Below, piece by piece: positions 8,278 through 18,485 of a stretch of DNA of 64,000 nucleotides (the first letter of the stretch is position 1; each line of letters starts with the position of its first letter). The DNA is from Candidatus Saccharimonadota bacterium. GTDB taxonomy: Bacteria > Patescibacteriota > Saccharimonadia > Saccharimonadales > SLHW01. Location: assembly GCA_024635455.1 (NCBI GenBank), contig JAGXIU010000002.1, positions 300,309-364,308 of the forward strand. Reading direction: 5' to 3'. Below the pieces are notes generated by a model, which had not been told where the DNA came from, searched no databases, and saw only the letters and a list, made by a program, of their open reading frames with translations. The translations under genes were made by a program, and so were the position numbers.

Positions 8278-8305
8278 TTGCTAGATGAACCTATAAGCCT
8301 ATACT
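8278..8305 (+). promoter_or_regulatory. Promoter upstream of pyk
   Basis: TTGCTA (8278-8283), a 16-nt spacer, then TATACT (8300-8305). The ATGs at 8308, 8314 and 8320 follow immediately with no Shine-Dalgarno sequence. Confidence 0.4.
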
Positions 8306-8307
8306 AG

Positions 8308-9744
8308 ATGTATATGAAAATGACGCAAAAGGCACCAAATGTGTCGATTGATCAGTTGAAGCGTACCAAGATAATCGCTACGGTTGGTCCATCATCAAAT
8401 AGCTATAAGACTATCCTTGAGCTTATTAAAGCTGGAGCAAATGGCTTACGACTTAACTTTAGCCACGGTACCGAAGAGGAACGTGAACAGCAGATTAAAT
8501 GGATTCGCAAAGCCTCGAACGAATATTCTAAGCCAGTTGCTATAATCCAGGACTTACAAGGCCCAAAGATTCGCCTCGGTGACTTTGAAGGAGTTTTCAC
8601 GGTGCAAGCTGGGCAGAGTATATCGTTTGCCTACCAAGCTGATTTTGAGCGCAGTGGACACTTGCCGCTACAGTATGATTTGAGCAAAAAAGTAAAGCGG
8701 GGTGAGCGACTTTATTTGTATGACGGGAAGGTTCAAACCAAGATTACTAGTGTACGGGACGGTATCGTACATGTGCGGGCAGAGAACGACGGCATTCTCA
8801 TCAAGCGCAAGGGTATTAATTTGCCAGATACTGACTTCGGCGGAGATATTATTACCAAGAAAGATAAGAAGGACATAACCTTTGGCTCTACGCTCGATAT
8901 TGATTATGTGGCGCTGAGCTTTGTCCAGTCGGCAGACGATATCAACCAGTTACGTAAAATGCTAAAAAACCTCGGCAGCACAGCTAAAATTATCGCCAAG
9001 ATAGAAACCGGTGCAGCTGTCGAGAAGCTCGAGGAAATCGTCAAAGCCAGCGATGCTGTCATGGTGGCACGCGGCGACCTAGCCATAGAGACCTCGCCTG
9101 AATCAGTGCCAATTGTGCAACGACAGATTATTGGGCTTGGCTTGCGCTATAGCAAAGCCACCATAGTAGCGACCCAAATGCTGGCAACCATGACAGAAAC
9201 GCCTGACCCAACCCGCGCGGAAGTGTCTGATGTTGCCACTGCGGTGATTGTTGGCGCAGACTGTGTCATGTTGTCTGATGAGACTGCCAGTGGCCAATAT
9301 CCAGTAGAGTCAGTCGAAGTCATGAAACGCATTATTCTTTATACCCAAGCAAACTCACCAGTTAAGCCACAGTTTGAAATACATGAAGATCACCGTCGTC
9401 AAAATGCAATCTGCGATGCTGTCATTCACCTCGCTGACCAAGTAGAGGCTCGAGCGATTGTCGCCGAGACGAAGTCCGGTGCAACGGCATTACAAATAGC
9501 ATCTCGGCGCCCCTCTCAGGCAGTTCTTGCGGTTACATCCTCCACTCGAGTAGCTCAACAACTTGCAATTATTTATGGCGCAAAAACATATATTCGGCCC
9601 GATGATAAGCACGCAGCAAAAAAACTAACCGACTGGCTGCAACATAAACGAGCGCTCAAAAAAGGCGATATTATCGTAACCGCCTCTGGCCAACATCCAG
9701 GCGTGGTTGGCACCACTGATACCATTAAGGTGCGTGTGCTCTAA
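8308..9744 (+). CDS. pyk: Pyruvate kinase
   Basis: TKIIATVGPSS, LNFSHG, DLQGPKIRLG and MVARGDLAIE motifs. The real start may be ATG 8314 or 8320, given the -10 box at 8300-8305. Confidence 0.95.
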   Translation: MYMKMTQKAPNVSIDQLKRTKIIATVGPSSNSYKTILELIKAGANGLRLNFSHGTEEEREQQIKWIRKASNEYSKPVAIIQDLQGPKIRLGDFEGVFTVQAGQSISFAYQADFERSGHLPLQYDLSKKVKRGERLYLYDGKVQTKITSVRDGIVHVRAENDGILIKRKGINLPDTDFGGDIITKKDKKDITFGSTLDIDYVALSFVQSADDINQLRKMLKNLGSTAKIIAKIETGAAVEKLEEIVKASDAVMVARGDLAIETSPESVPIVQRQIIGLGLRYSKATIVATQMLATMTETPDPTRAEVSDVATAVIVGADCVMLSDETASGQYPVESVEVMKRIILYTQANSPVKPQFEIHEDHRRQNAICDAVIHLADQVEARAIVAETKSGATALQIASRRPSQAVLAVTSSTRVAQQLAIIYGAKTYIRPDDKHAAKKLTDWLQHKRALKKGDIIVTASGQHPGVVGTTDTIKVRVL

Positions 9745-9756
9745 GAAAGATGAAGG

Positions 9757-11058
9757 GTGGGAACCATGGACTTTCATAAACGAACAATCAAAGAATACGA
9801 CTTACACGATAAACGAGTACTGGTTCGAGCTGACTTTAACGTGCCACTTCATGATGATGGTACTATCGCTGACGACTACCGTATAACGCAAGCTATTCCT
9901 ACGCTACAGTATCTACTCGAGCAAGCTTGCTCGATCGTTATCATATCTCATCTTGGCCGGCCAAAAGACGATCAAGACAGTAGTTGCTCATTACGTCAGG
10001 TTGCTGAACGTCTAGCGGAGAAGTTCAACCGAGAGGTACAGTTTGCCGACGATACAATTGGTGATGACGCAAAACAAAAAGTAGCTGAGCTGGAGCCAGG
10101 CGACATCTTGCTACTAGAAAACTTGCGCTACCACAAGGAAGAGGAGGCGAACGATGATGGTTTTGCGCAGCAGCTTGCCGAGCATGGTGAAGTGTTTGTG
10201 CAGGACGGTTTTGGTGTTGTGCACCGTGCCCATGCCTCCACTGACGCAATAACGAAGCATCTTCCAAGTCTAGCTGGATTATTACTTGAACAAGAAGTCG
10301 GCACCATAAACAGCGCCATGGAAAACCCGCAACGACCATTGATGGCAATTGTCGGTGGCGCTAAAGTATCTGACAAGATAGGGGTGTTGCATAAATTTGT
10401 AGAAAAAGCAGATATTATGGCCGTTGGCGGTGCGATGGCCAATGTATTTTTGTATCTAAAAGGCGTTAATATTGGCAAAAGTAAGTTTGATAAAGCAGAC
10501 GTTCCACTAGCCGAAGAACTCCTGGCTGCAGTAGAGAAGAAAGCCAAACAGTCAAACTTTGTTTTTTATCTACCGCAGGATGGGATTGCCGCTTCAGAAA
10601 TTTCCCCGCAAGCTCACACGAGGATTGTCGACTGGAGCTCGCACGTAATCGCAGATGTTGAATCGTATCCAGCTAAACCAACACGGAATCAAACGGAGCT
10701 GGGAGCTGACGACATGCTACTCGACATCGGTCCATACTCAGGTGCATTCATAGCTGGCGCTATACAACTGGCAAATACAGTCGTCTGGAATGGCGCCATG
10801 GGCGTCACAGAAGTAGATGGCCTGCAGGGTCCAGTTGGCCCATTTGCACACGGCACCGAAACCGTCGTAGAGGCTATCAGCGGCCAATATGGCAATAAAC
10901 CGTTTAGCATTGTGGGCGGTGGTGATACCGTCGGCTTTTTGCAAAATAAAGGATTCCTGGGTGCGTTCAACCACGTTTCCACTGGTGGTGGTGCTAGCTT
11001 AGATCTGATGAGCGGCAAGCAATTGCCTGGTGTCGAAGCGCTGTGGGACAAAGAATAG
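9757..11058 (+). CDS. pgk: Phosphoglycerate kinase
   Basis: RADFNVPL, ISHLGRPK and VGGGDTV motifs. Confidence 0.95.
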   Translation: MGTMDFHKRTIKEYDLHDKRVLVRADFNVPLHDDGTIADDYRITQAIPTLQYLLEQACSIVIISHLGRPKDDQDSSCSLRQVAERLAEKFNREVQFADDTIGDDAKQKVAELEPGDILLLENLRYHKEEEANDDGFAQQLAEHGEVFVQDGFGVVHRAHASTDAITKHLPSLAGLLLEQEVGTINSAMENPQRPLMAIVGGAKVSDKIGVLHKFVEKADIMAVGGAMANVFLYLKGVNIGKSKFDKADVPLAEELLAAVEKKAKQSNFVFYLPQDGIAASEISPQAHTRIVDWSSHVIADVESYPAKPTRNQTELGADDMLLDIGPYSGAFIAGAIQLANTVVWNGAMGVTEVDGLQGPVGPFAHGTETVVEAISGQYGNKPFSIVGGGDTVGFLQNKGFLGAFNHVSTGGGASLDLMSGKQLPGVEALWDKE

Positions 11059-11098
11059 TCAGCAATGGTACAATAAGCACAAGGACTATAAAGAAATT

Positions 11099-11884
11099 AT
11101 GAAAAGAACTCTCATCGCCGCAAACTGGAAAATGCACTTAAACGCGAGCCAAGCCAGCTTGCTGTTACATCGTTTGCATGAGCGTATTAAGATTCACCGC
11201 GATATAGAAGTCGTATTGGCGCCGAGCAGTTTAGTGCTGCAGCCAATGAGCATGCAGATTGACCGGAGAAAGTTCAGATTAGCCGCACAAAACGGCTATC
11301 ACAAAGACGAAGGTGCCTTCACTGGAGAAGTTAGTTTTACGATGCTAAAAGACCTGGTTCATTACGCAATTATCGGTCATTCTGAGCGTCGTATGTATTT
11401 TGACGAGAGTCTAGAGGTTGTGCGTGATAAAGTAGCCGCTGCTGTTCGGAACGAAATAACACCGATTTTATGCGTAGGTGAAACTCACCAAGAGCGTACC
11501 GAGGGCGAGACAAAACAAGTACTTCATGACCAAGTTACCACTGCTCTGAGTGATCTAACGTCAGAGGAAGTCAAAGATATCGTTATTGCCTATGAGCCTA
11601 TTTGGGCAATTAGTACATTTGGTGGAGAAATTGCCAAACCCGATGATATTAGAGACGCCATTGCTCACATTCGTAAGCAAGTAGCTGAGCTTTATTCGAA
11701 AAAAGTCGCAGATAAAGTTCGCGTTCTGTATGGCGGTAGTGTTGATGATCATACCGTCGGAGGCTATCTTGCAATAGATGGCTGTGACGGCGTGCTGGTT
11801 GGTGGTGCAAGCCTGAATTACCACAAGTTTTCTGGGATTGTCGACGTGGCGTACAACTTGAAGCACGCTGATGGAGCCTCGTAG
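11099..11884 (+). CDS. tpiA: Triosephosphate isomerase
   Basis: IAANWKMH, IGHSERR and AYEPIWAI motifs. The start is set at the internal ATG 11099 (MKRTLIAANWKMH) with AAGGA upstream. The longer ORF from 11030 overlaps pgk. Confidence 0.92.
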   Translation: MKRTLIAANWKMHLNASQASLLLHRLHERIKIHRDIEVVLAPSSLVLQPMSMQIDRRKFRLAAQNGYHKDEGAFTGEVSFTMLKDLVHYAIIGHSERRMYFDESLEVVRDKVAAAVRNEITPILCVGETHQERTEGETKQVLHDQVTTALSDLTSEEVKDIVIAYEPIWAISTFGGEIAKPDDIRDAIAHIRKQVAELYSKKVADKVRVLYGGSVDDHTVGGYLAIDGCDGVLVGGASLNYHKFSGIVDVAYNLKHADGAS

Positions 11885-11886
11885 AT

Positions 11887-12534
11887 ATGGCTGATAGTGA
11901 GTCAAACAAAAAGCAAGTTTTTGACGTATCACACCCAGGCACTTCTGCCCCTAGCGCAACATCCAAGCCAGTTATTACTGGTAGCGGCACCATGATGAAA
12001 GACCCCATGATGCAAGATAAACCAAGCGATACTGAAAAAGAAAAAACCGATAGCAACGAAAAAGATGGCGAAAGCATCAAGGTTACAAATACGAAAAAAG
12101 GCAAAACCATTCAGCCACTACCTCACGATGATTCAGAGGATACAACTAGTACTAATACAGCTTCAGAGGAAACCAAAAAACCACCAGAGCCAAAATCGAC
12201 TTTCACATCAGATGCACCAGACACGGCTACGGCGGGGGCAGATAAAACACCTGATACGACGGAAGATGAAGAAGCTGATGATGTAGAACCAAAAAACGCC
12301 ATTGTTGATGCGGTCCTAGACCAGACAACAGGCGGTAAGAATTCGACTAAGCAGGTCTCTACGGAAATCGACGGCACCATTCAAGAACACATAGATAACA
12401 AGACATATTTTGTAAAAATATCTCATACGAGCAGTAGTAATTCAATCTCTGTTCTCATAATCCTGACATTGCTTGCAGTTATTGCAGCTGTCTTTTATTT
12501 CGCTGATCAGCGCGGCATTATAAGTATTTTTTAA
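11887..12534 (+). CDS. Hypothetical acidic/T-rich protein with C-terminal TM anchor
   Basis: The ORF starts 3 nt after the tpiA stop. Low-complexity D/E/K/T-rich body with a C-terminal hydrophobic helix ISVLIILTLLAVIAAVFYFA. Confidence 0.6.
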   Translation: MADSESNKKQVFDVSHPGTSAPSATSKPVITGSGTMMKDPMMQDKPSDTEKEKTDSNEKDGESIKVTNTKKGKTIQPLPHDDSEDTTSTNTASEETKKPPEPKSTFTSDAPDTATAGADKTPDTTEDEEADDVEPKNAIVDAVLDQTTGGKNSTKQVSTEIDGTIQEHIDNKTYFVKISHTSSSNSISVLIILTLLAVIAAVFYFADQRGIISIF

Positions 12535-12591
12535 CATACCTCAAAACCGTTCGATTATAGGCATTATTTTGACGCAGGAGCGAGCTATCTT

Positions 12592-12600
12592 TGCTACAAT
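12592..12600 (+). promoter_or_regulatory. Extended -10 box TGCTACAAT upstream of pcrA
   Basis: TGnTAnAAT-type element ending 3 nt before GTG 12604 and 6 nt before GTG 12607. The same 9-mer occurs at 6942-6950. Confidence 0.4.
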
Positions 12601-12603
12601 GAC

Positions 12604-14742
12604 GTGGTGTTAGATAACAAAATTGATGATCTTAATCCAGAACAAAAACGGGCGGTAGAAACAACAGAGGGGCCGTTGTTAATATTGGCTGGAGCGGGTT
12701 CAGGCAAAACAAAAACGTTGACCCACCGCATTGCGCACTTACTTGATACGCGGAAGGCACAGCCAGAAAATATCTTAGCAGTTACGTTTACTAATAAGGC
12801 CGCTGCCGAGATGCGTACTCGTGTGGCTGAGCTTATCTATGGTCAACAGTCAGGTTCACTGCCTGCGTCTCGAGGGTTCATGCCATTCATGGGAACATTC
12901 CACAGTATTTGTGTGCGGATTCTTCGTGAGGACGGCGAGCATATTGGTATTCCAAGTACATTTGTCATATTTGATGAGGCTGATAGGCAAACAGCCATTA
13001 AGCGTGCCTCGAAGCAGCTACACATAGATGAAAAGAGCTTTCCGGCTCGGGCTATTAGTAATCTTATTAGTTCAGCTAAGAACGAGTTGGTCACGCCACA
13101 GGAGTTTATAGGAGCTGGGTCTGGCCCATTGCACGAGGCTGCCAGTAAAGTTTTTCCGCTGTATCAGCAGATGTTAAAAGACGCTCGGGCGCTGGACTTC
13201 GATGACCTGATTGCTCGCACCGTACATCTATACCAACAGCACTCTGAGATTCGTGCCCGCTGGCAAAAGCGTTTCCGCTACATCATGATTGACGAATACC
13301 AGGACACTAATAACGCACAGTACAAACTCATATCTTTGCTGGTAAATAGTGATAAAAACATCGCCGTGGTAGGTGACGACTGGCAGAGTATTTATTCATG
13401 GCGTGGGGCTGATTTTCGTAACATTCTCAACTTTGAGCGAGATTATCCAAAAACTTCTATTATTAAACTCGAGCAAAACTACCGTAGCACTAAGGCAATC
13501 CTTGATGCTGCGCATGCGGTTATCTCACACAACAAGCAGCGATCAAATAAAGAGTTATGGACAGAATCTGGAGCTGGAACACCAGTACAAATTCTACAGA
13601 CGCAAAATGAACGAGCTGAGGCAGAGGCAATTATTCATCGTGTACAATCAGCGGTTGATATGGGCGCGCGCAGGCACAAAGATTTTGCGGTACTGTATCG
13701 GACGAACGCTCAAAGTCGTTCAATTGAAGAGCTGTTCATGCGTTACGGCCTACCATATCGAATGGTTGGTGGCGTACGCTTCTATGACCGCAAAGAGATT
13801 AAGGATATCTTGGCCTACATTCGTTTGCTATACCAGCCAGAAGATCGGGTTAGCCTCGAGCGCATCATAAACGTGCCGACTCGTGGCGTTGGTGGAACCT
13901 CGGTTGGTAAGTTCTTTCAGCTTATCCAACGAGTCGGTGGTATTGAGGCGGCCTTTGCTCAAGTGACAGACGACGATTCAATCACCTCACGTGCCCGAAA
14001 TAGCTTAGTCGAGCTGCATCGTACTTTGCAAACACTCCGCGACCACGTCGATAGTGTGCCGCTGCCAGTGCTTATTGAAAGTTTAGTCAGCAAGATTGGC
14101 TACAAAGATTTTCTATCAGACGGATCAGTACAAGGCGAGGCGAGAGTGGAGAACGTCAATGAGTTGCTTAGCGTGGCGCAGAGCTACGAAGCGCTGGGGC
14201 TAGAAACGTTCCTTGAAGAAATCGCGCTTATAAGCGATATAGATAGCGCTGATTTTGGTTCTGATGCTGTAACACTGATGACATTGCACGCTGCGAAAGG
14301 TTTAGAATTTCCAGTTGTATTTATGGTCGGCATGGAAGAATCAATTTTTCCGCATTCCCGCTCACTCTACGACCAGCAACAGATGGAGGAAGAGCGTCGC
14401 TTGTGTTACGTGGGCATTACGCGCGCAGAAGAAGAGTTGTACCTGCTGCACGCCAACGCGCGTATGCTTTACGGCGGTATGCAACACAATCCACCGAGTC
14501 GTTTTTTGTCTGACATTGATGCCGAAGAACACCCAGCAAAAGCCTACGAATCACTTCCACAACCTAGCATGCCTGAAGAACCTGCTTACGTACCGGAAGT
14601 ATCAGAGGGGCAGGTTATCAAGCACGCCGCATTTGGGGAAGGAACCATCGTTGAGCTTGATGGTGATATCGCGACCATCTACTTTAAGGGCAAAGGGCCA
14701 AAGAAGATTAACATCAGCTTTGCCCCGATTGAAGTAGCATGA
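12604..14742 (+). CDS. pcrA: ATP-dependent DNA helicase PcrA/UvrD family
   Basis: Walker A GAGSGKT, DEYQDTN, VGDDWQSIYSWRGA and TLHAAKGLEF motifs. Confidence 0.93.
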   Translation: MVLDNKIDDLNPEQKRAVETTEGPLLILAGAGSGKTKTLTHRIAHLLDTRKAQPENILAVTFTNKAAAEMRTRVAELIYGQQSGSLPASRGFMPFMGTFHSICVRILREDGEHIGIPSTFVIFDEADRQTAIKRASKQLHIDEKSFPARAISNLISSAKNELVTPQEFIGAGSGPLHEAASKVFPLYQQMLKDARALDFDDLIARTVHLYQQHSEIRARWQKRFRYIMIDEYQDTNNAQYKLISLLVNSDKNIAVVGDDWQSIYSWRGADFRNILNFERDYPKTSIIKLEQNYRSTKAILDAAHAVISHNKQRSNKELWTESGAGTPVQILQTQNERAEAEAIIHRVQSAVDMGARRHKDFAVLYRTNAQSRSIEELFMRYGLPYRMVGGVRFYDRKEIKDILAYIRLLYQPEDRVSLERIINVPTRGVGGTSVGKFFQLIQRVGGIEAAFAQVTDDDSITSRARNSLVELHRTLQTLRDHVDSVPLPVLIESLVSKIGYKDFLSDGSVQGEARVENVNELLSVAQSYEALGLETFLEEIALISDIDSADFGSDAVTLMTLHAAKGLEFPVVFMVGMEESIFPHSRSLYDQQQMEEERRLCYVGITRAEEELYLLHANARMLYGGMQHNPPSRFLSDIDAEEHPAKAYESLPQPSMPEEPAYVPEVSEGQVIKHAAFGEGTIVELDGDIATIYFKGKGPKKINISFAPIEVA

Positions 14743-15215
14743 AATGGGCAGTGTTAATGGTTTGGCTCGGGCTTGGTCAGCTTTTGTTTTGGATCGGTTG
14801 GCCAGTATTATTCCTGACCTTCCGCAATAGCTCACGAGTGCGTGTCATCATACGACATAATGACGAAATTCTATTTGTGCAACCGTGGTACAGCGCTGGG
14901 CAGTGGCAAATTCCTGGAGGGGGCGTCAAGGCGAATGAAAGTCACACCCAAGCTGCTCTGCGTGAGGTAAGAGAAGAAACAGGTATATCTTTGCAGGCCA
15001 ACCAGCTACACCAACTTGGTCGGCCAGTACGGGTCCGAGAAAGGTATATTCCATTTCAGGCTACGCTATATGCAGCTGAACTATCTCATAAGCCGAGGGT
15101 TAAGACGGCCCAATTAGAAATTGTCGGTAGCAAATGGATAAACGGAAAAAATATCCGCACGCTTTCACTGCCCGATAGCAGTTCGCAGGCCCTTGCCAGG
15201 CTAGAAAAACAGTAG
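14739..15215 (+). CDS. NUDIX hydrolase
   Basis: Nudix box GGGVKANESHTQAALREVREETGI. ATGA start/stop overlap with pcrA. Confidence 0.85.
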   Translation: MKWAVLMVWLGLGQLLFWIGWPVLFLTFRNSSRVRVIIRHNDEILFVQPWYSAGQWQIPGGGVKANESHTQAALREVREETGISLQANQLHQLGRPVRVRERYIPFQATLYAAELSHKPRVKTAQLEIVGSKWINGKNIRTLSLPDSSSQALARLEKQ

Positions 15216-15289
15216 TAAGTCTGCTATTATAAGCGCTGGCTTTCTGAGGCGGATATGTGGAGTAATCGTCTCAGAAAGTTCTATACACT

Positions 15290-16513
15290 ATGAGCAATCA
15301 ATCTCTTGCGCTTCGCAAACGTTTCGGCGCTTTATTACAGCGAATACACCAGCATCCACTCGTGCTACCGGTGACGATTTTCTTGGCGCTGTTTTTCGCT
15401 AGCTTAGTGCTGTTTATTACTAGTGGTGCTACAACACTCGGTGCAAGTGATGCTCGCGTGGTGAACTTATCAATTGATGGCGTTAATCAGTCGTTGCCGA
15501 CTCGGGCGAAGACAGTAGCTGAGTTGCTGGAACGACTAGATGTTGAAGTCTCAGAAACTGATGTTATTGAACCTTCCTTGAGCACAGAAATATCTGGCGA
15601 TGATTTTTCGATTAACCTATATAGATCCCGTAACGTGCTTATTGTAGACGGTGACCAGCGAGTATTTGCAGAAACCGCAAATCCTGCACCTCGTGGTGTG
15701 GTCGAGGAAGTTGGTATAGAGGTACACCCAGATGACATTGTAGAAAAAGACACGTCTGAGCCAATTGATGCAGTCGGTGCAATTCGGGAGGGCGTCATAT
15801 CAGAGCGCATTATTATTGAGCGCTCGACACCGCTCTTATTAAATCTTTTTGGAGTAGATTACGAGCTACGTACCCATGCAGACACAGTGGAAGAATTGTT
15901 GTTAGAACGAGGGATTACCTTGGCTGAGGCTGCAGTATTCCCTGAGCCAGATGAGGTACTTGAGCCAGATATGGCAGTATTTGTCACCGACCCAAACAAA
16001 GAAATTGTGATGGAGGAGGAATCAATTGAACAGCCGCAGGAATATGTCGATGATTATGATATTCTGATTGGTAATTCTGAGATTCGTGAAGAGGGTCGTC
16101 CAGGCAAGAGGGTGGTCGTGTATGAAATTTCGGTTGACGGTAGCCGCAGTATCTTAGACGAAGTAATCGTACAGCAGCCTATTACGCAAGTTGTTGCACA
16201 AGGACGAAAACCACCAACTGTCGTCGGCGATAGAGCAGAGGTTATGCGTGCAGCTGGTATTAGCCAGAGCGAATTTTATTACGTTGATATTATTATCCAA
16301 AAAGAATCGAACTGGGGTGTGACTGCACAAAACGTTAGTTCAGGTGCATATGGCCTATGTCAGGCATTGCCAGGCGCAAAGATGGCATCGGCTGGCTCAG
16401 ATTGGCCATCGAATCCCGTTACCCAACTACGATGGTGTGATTCATACGCCAAGCAACGATATGGAAGCTGGTCAAATGCATTCGATTTCTGGCAAAGAAA
16501 TCGTTGGTGGTAA
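15290..16513 (+). CDS. DUF348/G5-domain cell-wall protein with C-terminal hydrolase-like domain (YabE/RpfB-like architecture)
   Basis: N-terminal TM and DUF348-like repeats (VNLSIDGV...TVAELLERLDV). G5-like EIREEGRPGKRVVVYEISVDG...VVAQGRK. C-terminal ESNWGVTAQNVSSGAYGLCQALPGAKMAS. Confidence 0.8.
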   Translation: MSNQSLALRKRFGALLQRIHQHPLVLPVTIFLALFFASLVLFITSGATTLGASDARVVNLSIDGVNQSLPTRAKTVAELLERLDVEVSETDVIEPSLSTEISGDDFSINLYRSRNVLIVDGDQRVFAETANPAPRGVVEEVGIEVHPDDIVEKDTSEPIDAVGAIREGVISERIIIERSTPLLLNLFGVDYELRTHADTVEELLLERGITLAEAAVFPEPDEVLEPDMAVFVTDPNKEIVMEEESIEQPQEYVDDYDILIGNSEIREEGRPGKRVVVYEISVDGSRSILDEVIVQQPITQVVAQGRKPPTVVGDRAEVMRAAGISQSEFYYVDIIIQKESNWGVTAQNVSSGAYGLCQALPGAKMASAGSDWPSNPVTQLRWCDSYAKQRYGSWSNAFDFWQRNRWW

Positions 16514-16531
16514 GTTTGATACACTTATAAT

Positions 16532-16969
16532 ATGACGTATCAATTCGATGGATTTAATTACGTAGTTCGACTTGAGAAAGGCGAGCTTTTAATGCAATCT
16601 TTAACGAAATTAGTAGCAGACAAACAGATAGCAGGTGCATGGATAAGTGGTCTTGGCGCAGCGCTTTGGGCTGAGCTGGGGTATTATGATCTGGAGGCGC
16701 AAGAATACATCTGGAAGCTAATTGACAAGACAGTAGAGATTACTGGATTACATGGTAATGTTGCTTGGTTGGATAATGAGCCAAAATTACATATTCATGG
16801 TTCGTTTTCTGATAGGGATATGCGGGCGCTTGGCGGCCACGTTAAAGAATTAGCAGTTGGTGGCACCGCTGAGATATTCTTGCATTTATTACAAGCAGAA
16901 CAAAAGCTCGAGCGAGCACAGGACAAAAAAATTGGATTGCCGCTTCTACAACTGCAGAAAAACAGCTAG
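16532..16969 (+). CDS. PPC (DUF296) domain protein
   Basis: Pattern typical of PPC/DUF296: VVRLEKGELLMQSL...GLGAALWAELGYYD...EITGLHGNVAW...HIHGSFSD...GGHV. Confidence 0.7.
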   Translation: MTYQFDGFNYVVRLEKGELLMQSLTKLVADKQIAGAWISGLGAALWAELGYYDLEAQEYIWKLIDKTVEITGLHGNVAWLDNEPKLHIHGSFSDRDMRALGGHVKELAVGGTAEIFLHLLQAEQKLERAQDKKIGLPLLQLQKNS

Positions 16970-16990
16970 TACTATACAATAGATCCACAT

Positions 16991-17581
16991 ATGGAGCACA
17001 CACAACAACAACATCAACCATCGCAACGCAATAACGGTGTTTCGATCAAGGTTACAATTATAATTTTTATTATACTGATTGCTGCAGGTTTGGGTGTTGG
17101 TTATTACTTCAATGAGAAACTAGCAGATTTAGAGGACCAAAACGCAACACTGGTTAGCCAATCACAGGTAAACCAAGCGAATGAAGCTGTAGACGGCAGT
17201 AGTGACACGCCATTAAACCAACCAATTGCTGGCACTGAAGATTCGGACACCCGAGCTAATACTCCCGACAGGCAGATTATTACAGGACAAGCTCGACAAG
17301 AATCTCCTGGTGGAGATGTTTTTGTTGAATGCTATGTATTTGGTGATAGTGTTGATGAGGTTTGGTTACGCTACGGCAATACACTTGTGCCGCAAAACCA
17401 AACTTCACGTGATGCAGACGCTATTGGCGAGACAGAAGCAGATGTGTATGCTAGTGCTCTAACGTCAATCCCCGGATCCGAACTCGAGTCTGGTGGAATC
17501 TATACGTATCGTTGCTACGGCACATCAAGCGGCGAAACAGTGCAGGGCGGAATAGCATCGTTTACCGCGTTAGTCCAGTAG
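16991..17581 (+). CDS. Hypothetical N-terminally anchored secreted protein
   Basis: TM/signal anchor VTIIIFIILIAAGLGVGYYF. No recognisable motif. Confidence 0.6.
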   Translation: MEHTQQQHQPSQRNNGVSIKVTIIIFIILIAAGLGVGYYFNEKLADLEDQNATLVSQSQVNQANEAVDGSSDTPLNQPIAGTEDSDTRANTPDRQIITGQARQESPGGDVFVECYVFGDSVDEVWLRYGNTLVPQNQTSRDADAIGETEADVYASALTSIPGSELESGGIYTYRCYGTSSGETVQGGIASFTALVQ

Positions 17582-17608
17582 AAACAGCTAGTAGCACAAC
17601 AATAGACT

Positions 17609-18406
17609 ATGAGCGACAATCAAACACCAAGAAAATCCTTAGGACAACACTGGCTACACGACACCGTTAGCCTTGAGGCAATGTGCGTGGCCGCTGATGT
17701 ACAATCAGGTGACACGGTGCTCGAGGTTGGTCCTGGTACTGGTGCGCTCACTCGAGTATTACTGGATAAAGGTGCTTCAGTAGTTGCTGTTGAACTTGAT
17801 GAACGCTTGGCCGATCAACTGAAGATTGAGTTTGCTTCTGCTGATTTTACACTTCATATGACGAGTATCTTGGCATTTGACCTAACGTCGTTACCGACGG
17901 ACTATAAACTTGTCGCGAATATTCCATACTATTTAACCAGCAAGTTATTACGGATATTGTCAGACTCAACCAACCCGCCGAAAAAAGCCGCCCTTTTACT
18001 GCAAAAAGAAGTTGCGCAACGGGTTACGGCGACTGCAGGTAGCACCTCGCTCCTAAGTATTGCGACGCAATTTTATTGGCATACATCACTTGGCGCGGAG
18101 GTGCCAGCTCGCTTATTCACGCCTCCACCCAAGGTTGACTCGCAGATACTTATTCTCGAGCGTCGCGTGACGCCATTGTTTTCAGTTGATGAAGACGTCT
18201 TTTTCCGTATCGTTAAAGCAGGTTTTTCAGCACGCCGTAAGAAGCTTATCAGTAGCCTTGCGGGGGGATTACGCTGTGATAAAGCTCACACCAAACAGCT
18301 TTTAGATGAGGCAGGGGTAGACGCCAATAAGCGCGCACAGATGCTATCAATTGATGAGTGGTACTCTCTCTACCAGACGTGTATTGCTGCCAACATGGAC
18401 ATATAG
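17609..18406 (+). CDS. rsmA: 16S rRNA (adenine1518/1519-N6)-dimethyltransferase
   Basis: LGQHWL, SAM motif VLEVGPGTGALT and ANIPYYLTS. Confidence 0.92.
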   Translation: MSDNQTPRKSLGQHWLHDTVSLEAMCVAADVQSGDTVLEVGPGTGALTRVLLDKGASVVAVELDERLADQLKIEFASADFTLHMTSILAFDLTSLPTDYKLVANIPYYLTSKLLRILSDSTNPPKKAALLLQKEVAQRVTATAGSTSLLSIATQFYWHTSLGAEVPARLFTPPPKVDSQILILERRVTPLFSVDEDVFFRIVKAGFSARRKKLISSLAGGLRCDKAHTKQLLDEAGVDANKRAQMLSIDEWYSLYQTCIAANMDI

Positions 18407-18442
18407 AGTTATATTCTGTCCCCTGCCCTTGCTTCGTGATAA

Positions 18443-18462
18443 ATACTTGACGTGTTAAGTAT
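18443..18462. promoter_or_regulatory. Near-palindromic 20-bp site ATACTTGACGTGTTAAGTAT overlapping the marR -35 (putative MarR operator)
   Basis: Inverted repeat ATACTT-N8-AAGTAT. The embedded TTGACG (18447-18452) lies 18 nt upstream of TAGCAT (18471-18476). An identical 20-mer occurs at 25721-25740. Confidence 0.5.
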
Positions 18463-18485
18463 CTTTGCGTTAGCATAAGGGGAAT

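Noticed and set aside
11887-12534. secG, the usual gene after tpiA
   Set aside because: The protein is 215 aa, acidic, and has a single C-terminal TM. That does not match the SecG architecture of about 75 aa with two TM helices.
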